DNA from: Candidatus Bathyarchaeota archaeon
GTDB taxonomy: Archaea > Thermoproteota > Bathyarchaeia > 40CM-2-53-6
Assembly (NCBI GenBank): GCA_963726255.1
Contig: CAVSBL010000002.1
Coordinates: forward strand, 128,001 to 192,000
Reading direction: 5' to 3'
DNA: 64,000 nt
Shown here piece by piece: positions 7,688 to 18,258 of this stretch. Numbering within the stretch: the first letter of the stretch is position 1; each line of letters begins with the position of its first letter. A program made the translations under genes and the position numbers. Below the pieces are notes generated by a model. It ran no database searches. It had not been told where the DNA came from and saw nothing but the letters and a program-made list of their open reading frames with translations.

Positions 7688-8911
7688 TTGGAAGGTTCTT
7701 TCGCGGAATCAGTTCAGCTGGCTAGTCAACTGCGCGACCTGAGCGATGAGCAGCTGAAAATTCTGGAACGCGTGGATGAAGCGTGCAAGGAGCTTTACCT
7801 TTCCGAGTTCGAACATTACATTGCACACAAGTATAATCCCGACACGCCAGAGACGCTGAAGAAATACAATCTCATGGGCCTCACAGTTTCCCAGGAGTAT
7901 GGAGGAGTCGGAGCCGACTCGCTCACGTGGGCACTGGCGCTTGAACGTTTCGGGCAGATTGGGTTGAGTGTGGTTACGTTCGTTGACGTCCACTGCCTCC
8001 TAGCCTCACTGGCAATTCAGCAATGGGGCAACGAACATCTGAAGAAGGAATACCTCGTTCCGGCAGCTAAGGGGCAGAAGGTTCTAGCTTATGGTTTGAC
8101 AGAGCCCGAAGCAGGAAGCGAACCAACCTCACTCAAGACCAGCTATGAGGAGCGTGATGGCGGCTACGTTCTCAACGGCACCAAATACCTCATCTCGAAC
8201 GGGTCCGTCGCCGACGCGCTCATAATTTTCGCTTACCCGAAAGGCAAGAAGGAAGGCATGTCAGCCTTCGTCGTCGACTCGAAGTCTGAAGGCTTCTCCG
8301 TTGCCATGCACCTCGAAGAGAAAATTGGCCTCTTCACTTCGGACACGGCTATGCTTGAAATGTCCGACGTACGCGTCCCCAAGGATAACTTACTGGGACA
8401 GCCTGGGAAGGGGTTGCATGTTGCCTACTCGGCGCTTTTGAACGGAAGAATTGGGATAGGGTCTGGATGCGTTGGCATCATTGGAGATTGTCTTAACTCG
8501 GTAACGGAACGTGCAAAGTCGCGCGTGCAACACGGGAAGCCCATCGGCAAACACCAATTGATTCAACGCCACATCGCAAACATAGCGATGAACCTCGAGA
8601 TGGCAAGATGGCCAACGTATTATGCTGCTCTCCAGAAGACGAGGCTTGACTCGAACCCTGCCGACCTAGAGCTTAGAAACAAGGTCGACCTTCATTCGGC
8701 CATAGCGAAGCGTGTCGCTTCTCGACTGGCGTACGAAAGCGCCGACTTAGCGGTTCAGGTCTTCGGCGGTTTCGGTTATTCCCTGCTCTCCCCCGTTGCC
8801 AGGCATTTCTGCGATGCTCGGGTGGCAAGAATCTATGAAGGGACGGACGAGATCATGGAGCTCAAGATAGCTTCGTTGATTCTGGGGAAAGGTTTCGAAG
8901 CGTACAGCTGA
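7688..8911 (+). CDS. Acyl-CoA dehydrogenase
   Basis: AYGLTEPEAGS, LNGTKYLISNG, RVQHGKPIGKHQLIQ, QVFGGFG, IYEGTDEI. Confidence 0.95.
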   Translation: MEGSFAESVQLASQLRDLSDEQLKILERVDEACKELYLSEFEHYIAHKYNPDTPETLKKYNLMGLTVSQEYGGVGADSLTWALALERFGQIGLSVVTFVDVHCLLASLAIQQWGNEHLKKEYLVPAAKGQKVLAYGLTEPEAGSEPTSLKTSYEERDGGYVLNGTKYLISNGSVADALIIFAYPKGKKEGMSAFVVDSKSEGFSVAMHLEEKIGLFTSDTAMLEMSDVRVPKDNLLGQPGKGLHVAYSALLNGRIGIGSGCVGIIGDCLNSVTERAKSRVQHGKPIGKHQLIQRHIANIAMNLEMARWPTYYAALQKTRLDSNPADLELRNKVDLHSAIAKRVASRLAYESADLAVQVFGGFGYSLLSPVARHFCDARVARIYEGTDEIMELKIASLILGKGFEAYS

Positions 8912-9025
8912 CTGCTCATTCAACCACCCTAGCTGTGAGAATAGTGAAAAACGAGAGCGATTACCAAGACTCCCTATTGTACCCCGCCTGCCCACCAGTC
9001 TCGGGCAATGGCCTTATCGATAGGG

Positions 9026-9475
9026 CTAAGCGCCGGCGCGTTCCTTCAACCTGTTCTTGAGGTTCTCTATAACCTGTCCTACCATCTTGCTTGACGTGGA
9101 ATCAAGAAGCTTCGTCCCAAGCCCAGCCATAATCCCTCCCACGTTCACATCGGCAACCCATCCGACCTTCGTCCCAGCGCCTGCCTCTTCAAGAGTGAAA
9201 CCGGTTTGCATATCAATTGTGCTTCCCACGCCTCGCCCGGTTCCGATGAGTTTCGCGGAGCTTGGCGGAACTTTGTCGGCTGTTCGGAATTCAAATTCCA
9301 TCGTCCCCTTCACAAGCGATATGCCCACCTTGACTTTGGCCCTGAAGCTATCCGGGGAGAGTATCACCATCGATTGCAGATCAGGAAAGCATGGTGCGAT
9401 ATCCTTCGGGCTGAGGAGGAAATCGTACACAATCTTTCGGGGCGCTAGAGTTTCAAATGAACCTTCGAAATGCAT
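9026..9475 (-). CDS. CoxG/SRPBCC family protein
   Basis: MHFEGSF...VYDFLLSP...IAPCFP...VKVGI...GGIMAGLG pattern. Confidence 0.85.
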   Translation of the reverse strand: MHFEGSFETLAPRKIVYDFLLSPKDIAPCFPDLQSMVILSPDSFRAKVKVGISLVKGTMEFEFRTADKVPPSSAKLIGTGRGVGSTIDMQTGFTLEEAGAGTKVGWVADVNVGGIMAGLGTKLLDSTSSKMVGQVIENLKNRLKERAGA

Positions 9476-9716
9476 GCATTCTCAACCTCCGTTGTCATTA
9501 GCCTTGGATGCAGAGGATGGTAAAAGACTTCATGTTCGCGCCAAGGAAACGCGAAAGCATGATGCAACTTTTCAACCAATGAATCCGAAACTATTCAACG
9601 CTTGCAGGTTTTGAAATAATTGTGTCGAGTCTTGATGCATTCAGAATGACTCCTTAATGGCGCGAAGCATTAATACACTCAATCAAAGATAACCATACGT
9701 AATTCAGGGGCCGATC

Positions 9717-10358
9717 TTGGTCAGCTTGGTCACGGTCATCGCATTTTGGAAGAGAAAAGAATCCCGCACTGCCCCTGAACCGGAGAGGGTCATTCCACTC
9801 CCAAACTTGCCTGCGTCAACGCTGGGCGCTCCCCATTCCACTTCACTTGAGGCAGTGAACCGGGCTAGGGAGGCCCTCAAAGTCCTGAGGCTGGAACGGC
9901 AGATACTGGGCTCAGCGGTAACCACTATTTACGAGTCACAAACGAAGGGGGTCATCACGGAGGCGGAACGGGATCGGCTCCTTGAGAAGTACAAGGTGGA
10001 TCTGAAGAGGCTTGAAAGCGCGATCGAGGAAAACCAGCGAGTAGTCGACCTCTTTGACCTAGAAGTTGAGAGGGAAGAGGTCGCAAAGAATTACAAAGCC
10101 AAACTGGCAGAGATTGAAACTAGAATTAAGGAGCTTAGGTCGGGGACATCAAGGCCCCAGAATCCTATGCAACTGACACGGGAACAACGCGAACGGGCGA
10201 CGGAGAGAAAGGTGACCGAAGGAGAGCAGTCAAGCCAGAACCCGCTGGGGAAGCAGGAAGAGGAGCAGGTTACTGACGCTGAGAAACGTATCGAAAAGAT
10301 ACGCGAGGAAATTCTTCAAGCCATGGACCGACTTGAACAGATTGAAACGGAAGAATGA
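9717..10358 (+). CDS. Charged coiled-coil hypothetical protein
   Basis: E/R/K-rich heptads; ATGA overlap with rpiA. Confidence 0.7.
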   Translation: MVSLVTVIAFWKRKESRTAPEPERVIPLPNLPASTLGAPHSTSLEAVNRAREALKVLRLERQILGSAVTTIYESQTKGVITEAERDRLLEKYKVDLKRLESAIEENQRVVDLFDLEVEREEVAKNYKAKLAEIETRIKELRSGTSRPQNPMQLTREQRERATERKVTEGEQSSQNPLGKQEEEQVTDAEKRIEKIREEILQAMDRLEQIETEE

Positions 10359-11053
10359 ACTTGTCTTGGGTTGAGAGCGCAAAACACAAAGCGGTCCTCA
10401 GAGCCCTGCAGCCCATAAAGAATGGGTGGATAATCGGCCTCGGCAGCGGTTCCACAATGGCCTACGCCGTAGCCGAACTCTCAAGGTTGATCAAAGGTAG
10501 AAAACTAGAGGTTTCCGTTGTCCCCACGTCGCACCAGATTGAAAATCTAGCCATATCCCATGGGCTCAGAATCCTCAGTATGAATGAGGCATTCACAATC
10601 GATTACGCAATTGATGGAGCTGACCAGGTTGAGTTGCCTTCGCTCAACCTAATCAAAGGCGGAGGCGGCGCCCTTCTTAGAGAGAAGATAGTCGACTCGG
10701 CAGCGAGGAGAGTCGCAATAGTTGTAGACGAAAACAAACTATCGAAACACCTTGGTGGCGCGCAACAAATCCCATTAGAGGTATTGCCTTTCGCGCATAA
10801 GCATGTGCAGATTCAGGTCACGAGGATGGGTGGTAGAGCGAAGCTCCGAGAGGGTCAAGGAAAAATTGGCCCGGTCGTGACGGACAACGGAAACTTCGTT
10901 CTAGACGCTGATTTCGGTAAGATAGAAAACGCAGCCCTTCTGCAACGACGTTTGAAAGCTGTGCCAGGATTGATAGAGACCGGGTTATTTCTGAATTTAG
11001 CTGATGTAGTCTACGTCGGGCGCCGAACCGGCGAAGTAGACGTACTTCAGTAA
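10355..11053 (+). CDS. rpiA: Ribose-5-phosphate isomerase A
   Basis: GLGSGST, IDGADQV, IKGGGGALLREK, VTDNGN, ETGLF. Confidence 0.97.
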   Translation: MNLSWVESAKHKAVLRALQPIKNGWIIGLGSGSTMAYAVAELSRLIKGRKLEVSVVPTSHQIENLAISHGLRILSMNEAFTIDYAIDGADQVELPSLNLIKGGGGALLREKIVDSAARRVAIVVDENKLSKHLGGAQQIPLEVLPFAHKHVQIQVTRMGGRAKLREGQGKIGPVVTDNGNFVLDADFGKIENAALLQRRLKAVPGLIETGLFLNLADVVYVGRRTGEVDVLQ

Positions 11054-11130
11054 ACGCCGGCTCTCCGTTTCCGCCGCAGCAATGCCCGTGTTACGAACGA
11101 ATAAATAACCAGCGGCGTTTCTCAGCCATC

Positions 11131-12516
11131 ATGCCGAGGTCCACAAATTTCAGCAAATTTGATGAGTTCATCACCACCAACGCCAGCGAAACTAATCTTC
11201 CGAGCGTCACTGCGGGACTAATTGAAACCGGGAAGGCCGTTCATTCGATTGCGTACGGGTTCAAAGATATCGCTTCATCGACACCAGCATCTATCAGCAC
11301 TCTCTATGGCGTTGGTTCAATCACAAAGTCCTTTACCGCGCTCTCCGTCGCGAAACTAGTTGAGAAAGGCAAACTACGTTTCCACGATAAAATAGCTGAT
11401 TTCTTGCCTCTGAAGCAGAAGGCGTTTCGAGAAGTTGAGATCCACCACCTTCTAACCCATACAAGTGGGATTCCTGGCCTCGGGTTTTCAGAAGTTCAGA
11501 TCTACAATACGCTTGGGGCTTACAAGCGGCCGTTGCCCATCTCAAATCTTGACGATGTTATCCAATTCTTGGACGAGGTGGATGACTGGGTTGAGTCGAA
11601 ACCAGGTGAGAAGTTGTTCTACCTAAACGAAGGTTACGACCTCCTTGGAGAGGTCATAACAAAAGTGAGCGGCCGTCCGTATACCGAATTCGTGAAGGAG
11701 GAAATTCTTAGCCCGCTGCGTATGACGAGGTCGTTCTTTGCAAAAGACCAAATTGAACAGGATGCAGACAGGGCAACGCCATATGTAGTCAAGGACGGTA
11801 AGGCTAACCCTTCGAAAATTCCCTATGGTTCCAGCCCCGCCGGTGGGCTCGTGTCAAATGTTGTCGATCTTTCAAACTATGTTACGATGTTAATCAATGG
11901 TGGAGCGTTCGAGGGGAAGAGAATAGTCGGCGCGGACACATTGGAGAAGATGGAAACTCCATACGTTAGATGGCCGAGGGAAACGTTCCCAGGCCAAGGC
12001 TATGGCTACGGCTTAGAGATCATACCCAGTTTCTACGGCCGCAAGGTTGTCTTTCATGGTGGGTCCGTGGAAGTGTTCACAGCCTGTTTCGCCTACTCTC
12101 GCAGTGCTGGGTACGGTATCGTATGCCTTGCGAACGGGACTGGCTACTCGATTGAAAGAATTGCGCTGTATGGAATGGCCCTTCTGATGGATAGGGATCC
12201 CGAGGAGCTGCCGGTCATTAAGCTAGACAACCTTCTCAGACGACTTGAGGGCGAGTATTCGGCGTACAAAGGCACTGTGTTGGCGGAAGTGAAACGAAAC
12301 GGCTCTTTCCTTATGCTATCCGGCGAGGACATAGGCGAAAACATAGTTCTGGTCCCTGAAAGCGAGGATGCGGATAGGGCTAGCTTCTATTCTCTGGCTG
12401 GGACAGCCAGGATGATGGTCGAGTTCAGGTTCAACAGGCACGGCGTCGAAATGATTTACGAGAGATACAAGTACAGAAAGACGGGGCCGCTTCGGCGCAA
12501 AGCGACGACTAATTGA
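11131..12516 (+). CDS. Serine hydrolase of the beta-lactamase class C / Pab87-like peptidase family
   Basis: GSITKS (SxxK), LLTHTSG, YLN, HGG. Confidence 0.9.
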   Translation: MPRSTNFSKFDEFITTNASETNLPSVTAGLIETGKAVHSIAYGFKDIASSTPASISTLYGVGSITKSFTALSVAKLVEKGKLRFHDKIADFLPLKQKAFREVEIHHLLTHTSGIPGLGFSEVQIYNTLGAYKRPLPISNLDDVIQFLDEVDDWVESKPGEKLFYLNEGYDLLGEVITKVSGRPYTEFVKEEILSPLRMTRSFFAKDQIEQDADRATPYVVKDGKANPSKIPYGSSPAGGLVSNVVDLSNYVTMLINGGAFEGKRIVGADTLEKMETPYVRWPRETFPGQGYGYGLEIIPSFYGRKVVFHGGSVEVFTACFAYSRSAGYGIVCLANGTGYSIERIALYGMALLMDRDPEELPVIKLDNLLRRLEGEYSAYKGTVLAEVKRNGSFLMLSGEDIGENIVLVPESEDADRASFYSLAGTARMMVEFRFNRHGVEMIYERYKYRKTGPLRRKATTN

Positions 12517-12562
12517 GTGTAGGAAGAAACATTGCGAAGTACGAAGTGGAAATCTCGCAGGG

Positions 12563-12769
12563 CTACTTTCGTCTGAAGGGCCAGCATCTTCTAGAACGCA
12601 AGTAGTAGATCTCAAGAGTTCCTAGCAGGTTAATGAAGGCAAATACGATGAACCAGGCTTTCTCATTCTTTCTAGCCGAAAACCATAGTCCAAGGACCTT
12701 CCAGAAAGCGCTCCAAATTACTATTGGAACGATCAGCCAAATGACGTAAGCAGGGTATAACGGAAACAC
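12563..12769 (-). CDS. Small membrane protein (DUF5652-like)
   Basis: WSAFWKVLGLWFSARK...WF...NLLGTLEIYYL. Confidence 0.7.
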   Translation of the reverse strand: MFPLYPAYVIWLIVPIVIWSAFWKVLGLWFSARKNEKAWFIVFAFINLLGTLEIYYLRSRRCWPFRRK

Positions 12770-12853
12770 GGGTTTTCTTCCACCTCAACCCAGAAGCATT
12801 ATCGCGAGAGAAATAAAAAAGTACTTCCAGACTTCAGAGTATCTGCGAGGATC

Positions 12854-13627
12854 TTAGATTTCTCTCCATCTCGCTTTGGTTCTCGCTACAAGAAATAGGC
12901 TTGAAGCTACACCAATCAAAATCGTCCAGTTAAGCGCTGTAGTTGCGGGTGACAGGGTCAGATATCCAGCAAAGCTCTGGGCCAGTTCAGCAGCGTAGGT
13001 GGTTGGAGACAGGTAGGCGAGGTACCTGTATGGAATCGGAATGTAAGTAATTGGATAGTATACCGGCGGTATCGTTGCGAAAAGGGTTGAGATCAACCTC
13101 GAGAAGGCAAAGCTTTGGACGATGTCGGACGAGAAGGTTGAAAGGGTGAAACCAATCGCAACCGAAGTGAGAAACATCAAGAGAAGTACTCCGATAAACG
13201 CTAGGGTTCCTATTGGGCTCAAATTCGTGAAGTAATATGCAAGTACGCAGAGCACGAGCAGGGCTGGGACAGAGTAAACAATTTCTGAAATCGCCATGCC
13301 AAACATGTAAGTCTGCCATGAGGTTGGGGAACTCACCACCATATCTTGCAGCTTGAAATCATTTTTCAGGTGCGAGAGGTCCCCTTGCAGAGAAACGCCA
13401 GCTGAGAACATGCTCATGATGAATCCGCCCTCCACGGCTTCTCCTATCAAGCTTCCGTGACTCACGAAAACAATGAGAAGCAGAAACGACAGAGGGGAAA
13501 GAACCGTGTTGATTAGAACAATCGGGTAATTTCTCATTTCGTATACGGAATTGACGAGTATTGCAGCGAGAAACTGGCTAAACCTACTCCTCTTCCTCAA
13601 TACAATACTATCGGACATTCTAGTCAC
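12854..13627 (-). CDS. ABC-2 type transporter permease
   Basis: Six hydrophobic segments, PPVYYP, LSPTTY; overlaps the upstream ABC ATPase. Confidence 0.85.
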   Translation of the reverse strand: MTRMSDSIVLRKRSRFSQFLAAILVNSVYEMRNYPIVLINTVLSPLSFLLLIVFVSHGSLIGEAVEGGFIMSMFSAGVSLQGDLSHLKNDFKLQDMVVSSPTSWQTYMFGMAISEIVYSVPALLVLCVLAYYFTNLSPIGTLAFIGVLLLMFLTSVAIGFTLSTFSSDIVQSFAFSRLISTLFATIPPVYYPITYIPIPYRYLAYLSPTTYAAELAQSFAGYLTLSPATTALNWTILIGVASSLFLVARTKARWREI

Positions 13628-14480
13628 CCGCTCTCCGGCTCGCTAGGTAGAAGAATATGTCATCAAGTGAAACCGGGTTGATCGTGAACTTGAGACCATG
13701 TTTGGCAAGCTCGCTCGAGATCCTGAAGGCTTCATCTTCGACTGTAAGGATTCTGATACTGCCGTCCGGTCCTGTTATTACCTCTCCCTTTTCCACGGCT
13801 GGAAGAGGGGCCGGAGGTGTTTCGAGGAGCCGCAGGCTGTAATTGTAGTTCACGCTTTGGCGTAATTCCTCCAATGTGCCTATGCGGATTAGATGGCCTC
13901 GGTCGAGTATGCCGATCTTGTCGGCCAACTGTTCCGCCTCCTCCAGATAATGCGTTGTAAGAAATGTGAGGCGTTGGTTTCCGATTTCTCGTAGCGTTCC
14001 CCAAAACTCTCTTCGTGAAATCGGGTCGAGTCCCGTCGTTGGTTCGTCTAGGAAAATTACTTCTGCCTCCGATGAGAGGACTGTGGCCACCATGACTTTC
14101 CTTCTCATTCCGCCAGATAGCGAGCGATTCATAGCGTTGGATGATTGGGCGAGTCCGAGCCTTTGAAGCGCCCGGTACGCCCGCCGCTTAGCTTCACCGT
14201 AGCCGAACCCCCTCCAGAGAAGGTACGAGAGCACCGTCTGCATCGGCGTCATCCAAGGTATCGGTCTAGCTTCTTGAGGGACGATAGCGATCTTTTCCCT
14301 GAGCCTTCGAGCCTCCTTTACGACATCGATCCCGTTTATCGTCGCTTTTCCGGACGTTGGTTCGAGTTGCGTGGCCAAGATCCGTACGAGCGTGGTCTTT
14401 CCAGAACCGTTTCTCCCAATCAGCACGAAGATGCCACGAGAAGGCAAACAAAAGGTTACGGAGTCGAGGGCCTTCGCCGG
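13620..14480 (-). CDS. ABC transporter ATP-binding protein, apparently 5'-truncated
   Basis: GRNGSGKTT, LSGGMRR, FLDEPTTGLD, TTH; recognisable sequence starts at KALDSV and the usual first strand before it is missing. Confidence 0.85.
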   Translation of the reverse strand, partial: PAKALDSVTFCLPSRGIFVLIGRNGSGKTTLVRILATQLEPTSGKATINGIDVVKEARRLREKIAIVPQEARPIPWMTPMQTVLSYLLWRGFGYGEAKRRAYRALQRLGLAQSSNAMNRSLSGGMRRKVMVATVLSSEAEVIFLDEPTTGLDPISRREFWGTLREIGNQRLTFLTTHYLEEAEQLADKIGILDRGHLIRIGTLEELRQSVNYNYSLRLLETPPAPLPAVEKGEVITGPDGSIRILTVEDEAFRISSELAKHGLKFTINPVSLDDIFFYLASRRAGD

Positions 14481-16063
14481 CCAACGTTCACTTTGCCAGC
14501 AGCAATGTTGGGGTCGCAACCGTCACGGATTCTGGACTGGTCACCGCGGTTCATACGCCAACGAATTTCGGCGACACTCCATACGTAACCGCCCAGGCCG
14601 ACGGTGTCTCAGCGTCAAACGCGGCGCTCATCCGGGTCACTCAACATTCCGTGGCATTGACGCTAGATGTTTACTGGAGTGAACACGTGGTTTTCTATCT
14701 TCCCCGTCAATCAATCGGCGACTACAATTACACAAGAATTGCTTCAAGTTACCAAGTCATTCGATTAGTAGACTTGGGTTACGAGTTGGAAAATGAGGCT
14801 ACGGCAGCCCCACCGTTCGATGGAGACATGCAATTCCTAGTGACCGATCCAGGCTCAGATAGCACAGTTCCATGCGGGCTCAGCGGAAACCCCGTGAGAT
14901 TCGGAGTAAGACTCGATAAGACAGTAAACAACAGCTGTTTCATCGTAGCGTGGCAGACCGGGAATCCCCAATGGGGAGTCTACTTTCATGAAATAGGACA
15001 CAACCACCTAGCTTTGGGCACGAAGATCAATCAGTTCTGGGGTGTTGCTGCGCCGACGGGCAACACCATTTTCGCAGAAGGCCTGGCGACAGCGCTCGCC
15101 ATGTACGCGGCGAAGATGATAGAAACGCGAGCTTCTTCGTATTCAATTTCGCAATCAATCCTCGATAGCATGCTCCGCCCGAACGGAGGAGACTGGTCTG
15201 GAAGGGTGTGGCGTTTCGGAACAACCACCGAACTCAATCAATACGTGGCGGCAGGCGCAATGTACAGTCAGATGACGCCGGACATACTCGACGAAATCAT
15301 CGACAAACTCTTCACCAAGTATGGCTACGATAAACTGCCAAACGTTTACTCCATCTTCCTCCCTCGAGACACAGCGTATCCTTTTCCGCTTCGAACGGAA
15401 TCAGACCAAGCCACCTTATTCGTGGCAGGAGTCAGCGCAGCAGTTGGCAAGGACCTTCAAGCTGAATTCCGCGCTTGGGGATTTCCAGTGAACCACACGT
15501 ACTACAACGAAATATGGTCTGCAGTGACCAAACTAATTTATCAGAGGAATCCAAACCTCCAACCTCTAATCGGGATTCCCCTATCGACTGGTTGGAACTT
15601 GATCTCGCTTCCGCTCATTCCGAGCGACAACAAAATCACCTCGATTGGTGCGACAGTGACGTCTGTTTGGGCGTACGATGCGATGCATAGCTCGTGGAAG
15701 TTCTACATGCCAGGAAAGTCAAGCACGTTGACTCAAATGACAGATGGAAATGGATATTGGATTCTAATGACGCATCCTGACGTTCTCTACGTGGATGGTA
15801 ACATTATAGAGCCGGGCGCGGCTCCGCCAAGCTATTCGTTGACTGTCGGTTGGAACCTGATAGGTTTCAAACCTCAACCTAAGGTCGCTAACGAAACGGT
15901 AGGATCCTACCTATCTAGCATAGCAGGGAGTTATGACAAGAACAATGTTTGGACGTATGATAATCAGAACGGGACATGGATTCGCGCTACAGACGTCACT
16001 TGGCTTCGACCTAGCCAAGCAATGTGGGTTCTGATGACCTCGCCAGCGACACTCCGACCCTAG
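14478..16063 (+). CDS. 5'-truncated extracellular zinc metalloprotease-like protein (Ig-like fragment, HExxH, two GWNL repeats)
   Basis: FASSNVGVATVTDSGLVTAV (Ig group 2 pattern), FHEIGH...AEGLA, repeats GWNLISLP/GWNLIGF with W-x-Y-D and YWI/MWV; no start codon or signal peptide ahead of the Ig motif. Confidence 0.7.
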
Positions 16064-16262
16064 AATTCAATGCCATTAGTCTTCGGATATTGCCAGATTA
16101 TCCTCTGAGGCAGACATCTGGCATGCGGAGGAAAGCATGTTTCCGGATCCTCGGGAACACGCGCAACCGAACGCCGCAACCCAACCCCATTAAGAACCAA
16201 ACTAGTCGACATGTACAGTGTCGGCGACGGATAACCAACACCCCGGTAATGACAAGTATCGG

Positions 16263-16372
16263 TGGTGCCGGGGGCGGGGTTCGAACCCGCGGCTTCTGGG
16301 CCCACGGCTCTCCAGATTATGAGTTTCGTCCCTTAAGCCTGGCTGGCGCTCTACCAGCTGAGCCACCCCGGC
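16263..16372 (-). tRNA. tRNA-Met(CAT), elongator type, with introns at 30/31 (16325-16342) and 45/46 (16294-16309)
   Basis: GCCGGGG/CCCCGGC acceptor, A+CCA, anticodon stem CCAG|A/TCTGG with loop CTCATAA; perfect BHB CTGG-AG|A...CCAG-AA|G; spliced length 76 nt. Confidence 0.9.
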
Positions 16373-16490
16373 CCCGCCCAGAAAGCTGGCGCTTGATGTA
16401 AAAACGTTCGCATCAAATTCCCAGATGAGGTGGTCGTGGCGCGGAGTGAAAAGCGTTTAATGAACACGAGGCTATCGTTCCGGTTATTGG

Positions 16491-17729
16491 TTGGACGCGC
16501 AAGGAATGGAGTTCAACTACCTAACCCTCGACGACTTCGAGCTCCGCGACAAACGCGTACTGCTGAGGTTAGACATCAACGTTCCAATGGACCCCAACAC
16601 CAAGAAGATCCTTGACGAAGGAAGGATTGTCGCCGCAACGCCAACGTTAGACGCGCTCGCAAGTGCCAAAGTCGTAATTCTCTCACACCAAAGCCGTCCG
16701 GGAAGGGACGATTTTACCCCTCTTCAACAACACGCAATAATCCTGCAGAACAACTGCGCAAGACCCGTTAGTTTCATTGATGATGTCATGGGACCCGCTG
16801 CACGAGGAGCAATAAAGGAGCTCAGGAGTGGCGAGGTTTTGGTGTTGGATAATGTACGTTTTTGCGCCGAGGAGAATCTAGAAGAAACGGGTGAGAAGCT
16901 TGCTAGATCAAACCTTGTCTTGCGCCTGGCGCCGCTATTTGACCTGTACGTCAACGATGCCTTCGCCGCAGCTCACAGGTCGCAGGCCTCGCTCGTAGGT
17001 TTCCCACATGTCCTCCCGTCAGCCGCCGGCAGACTAATGGAGAAAGAGCTTGCTGCACTCAAACGGTTACTTGTAGAGCCTGATCGGCCGAGTACTTACA
17101 TTCTGGGCGGTGCTAAGGTTGAAGACAAAGTACCTGTCATCGATAACCTTCTCTCAACAGGGAAGGCGGACCATGTTCTCGTAGGGGGAAACGTTGCGAA
17201 GGTATTCCTGAAGGCTGCGGACCGCGAGTTCAGCGAAGCCGATGAGAGTGAGTTGGCGAGTGTTACGGACGAAGTCTTGAAAGCCAACCGGATTCTTTCA
17301 AAGTATCGAAAACGTATTTTGCTCCCCACAGATTTTGGAACAGTCCTAAACGGTAAACGTGCTGACACGCCGGTCGCGAAATTACCCCACGCTGGCCGTG
17401 CGCTCGACATAGGCTCAAAGACAGCTGAAAGGTTCTCAGACATCATTAGCGAATCGAAGACAGTTGTTGCCGCTGGGCCCATGGGCGTCTTTGAGGAGGA
17501 TGGTTTCGAAACTGGGACTAAAGCCGTCCTAGAGTCTATGGCAGATTCGGACGCATTCACCGTAATCGGCGGTGGGCACCTTTCAGGTTACGCTGGCATA
17601 CTCGGCATCTCGGACAGATTGTCCCACGTCAGCACAGCGGGAGGCGCGATGCTCTCTTTGCTAGCCGGTGAGGAGCTTCCAGCGATCGAGGCACTTGTGG
17701 ATGCGGCTAGGCGTCACAAAAGCAGATAG
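16491..17729 (+). CDS. pgk: Phosphoglycerate kinase
   Basis: RLDINVP, SHQSRPG, LDNVRF, NDAFAAAHR, LGGAKV, GPMGVFE, HVSTAGGA. Confidence 0.97.
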   Translation: MDAQGMEFNYLTLDDFELRDKRVLLRLDINVPMDPNTKKILDEGRIVAATPTLDALASAKVVILSHQSRPGRDDFTPLQQHAIILQNNCARPVSFIDDVMGPAARGAIKELRSGEVLVLDNVRFCAEENLEETGEKLARSNLVLRLAPLFDLYVNDAFAAAHRSQASLVGFPHVLPSAAGRLMEKELAALKRLLVEPDRPSTYILGGAKVEDKVPVIDNLLSTGKADHVLVGGNVAKVFLKAADREFSEADESELASVTDEVLKANRILSKYRKRILLPTDFGTVLNGKRADTPVAKLPHAGRALDIGSKTAERFSDIISESKTVVAAGPMGVFEEDGFETGTKAVLESMADSDAFTVIGGGHLSGYAGILGISDRLSHVSTAGGAMLSLLAGEELPAIEALVDAARRHKSR

Positions 17730-17779
17730 CGAGTCGCCTTAGCGAGAATTTTAAGCTGGTCCGTTAATACTCCGCCGAC

Positions 17780-17892
17780 GCCTCGGTGGCTCAGCCTGGT
17801 AGATGCCCTACATTGGGCACTGGGGAGCAGCCGCCTTGTAACTGAATCAGGAGAGCGGCAGGTCGCGGGTTCGAACCCCGCCCGAGGCTCCA
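17780..17892 (+). tRNA. tRNA-Thr(TGT) with a D-loop intron (about 17802-17824) and a 37/38 intron (17841-17853)
   Basis: GCCTCGG/CCGAGGC acceptor, T+CCA, GCCGC-CT-TGT-A|A-GCGGC, BHB helix CTTG/CAGG; D-loop intron holds hairpin TGCCC/GGGCA. Confidence 0.92.
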
Positions 17893-17937
17893 TAATACTG
17901 GTTCATAGCCTTGCATTTTACTATTGGGCATCTAGCT

Positions 17938-18258
17938 TTGAGAAAGAAGATAGACATCCACAACTGGGACAGGCGTTACGAACTCACACTGGCCCGGCTA
18001 ATGAGCAATAATCGCATCAGCGATATCAATCGTCAGGCTATCCTTGAGTTCGTTGACGAATGCAAAGCGAATAATCTGAGCATAGCCCGCCGAGTCAAGT
18101 ACCTATACACACTTCCAATTCTGGCCGAACGATTAGGGGGGAATTTCGAATCTGCTACAGTCGATGACATCAAGAAACTTGTGGGATAAATCAACGACGA
18201 TAAAGGTTACGCTGACTGGACGAAGAACGATTTCAGAGTGGCCCTGAAACGGTTCCTC
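17938..18258 (+). pseudogene. N-terminal remnant of a tyrosine recombinase/integrase
   Basis: DIHNWDRRYE...LSIARRVKYL...ATVDDIKKLVG*INDDKGYADWTKNDFRVALKRF resembles archaeal integrase N-terminal domains; in-frame TAA at 18187-18189; no catalytic domain. Confidence 0.75.

Noticed and set aside
14357-14477. Listed N-terminus of the 568-aa ORF
   Set aside because: It is the antisense of the ABC ATPase Walker A region; real similarity starts near 14480
16063-16263. Integrated element at tRNA-Met
   Set aside because: No duplicated tRNA-Met 3' end or integrase was found by eye
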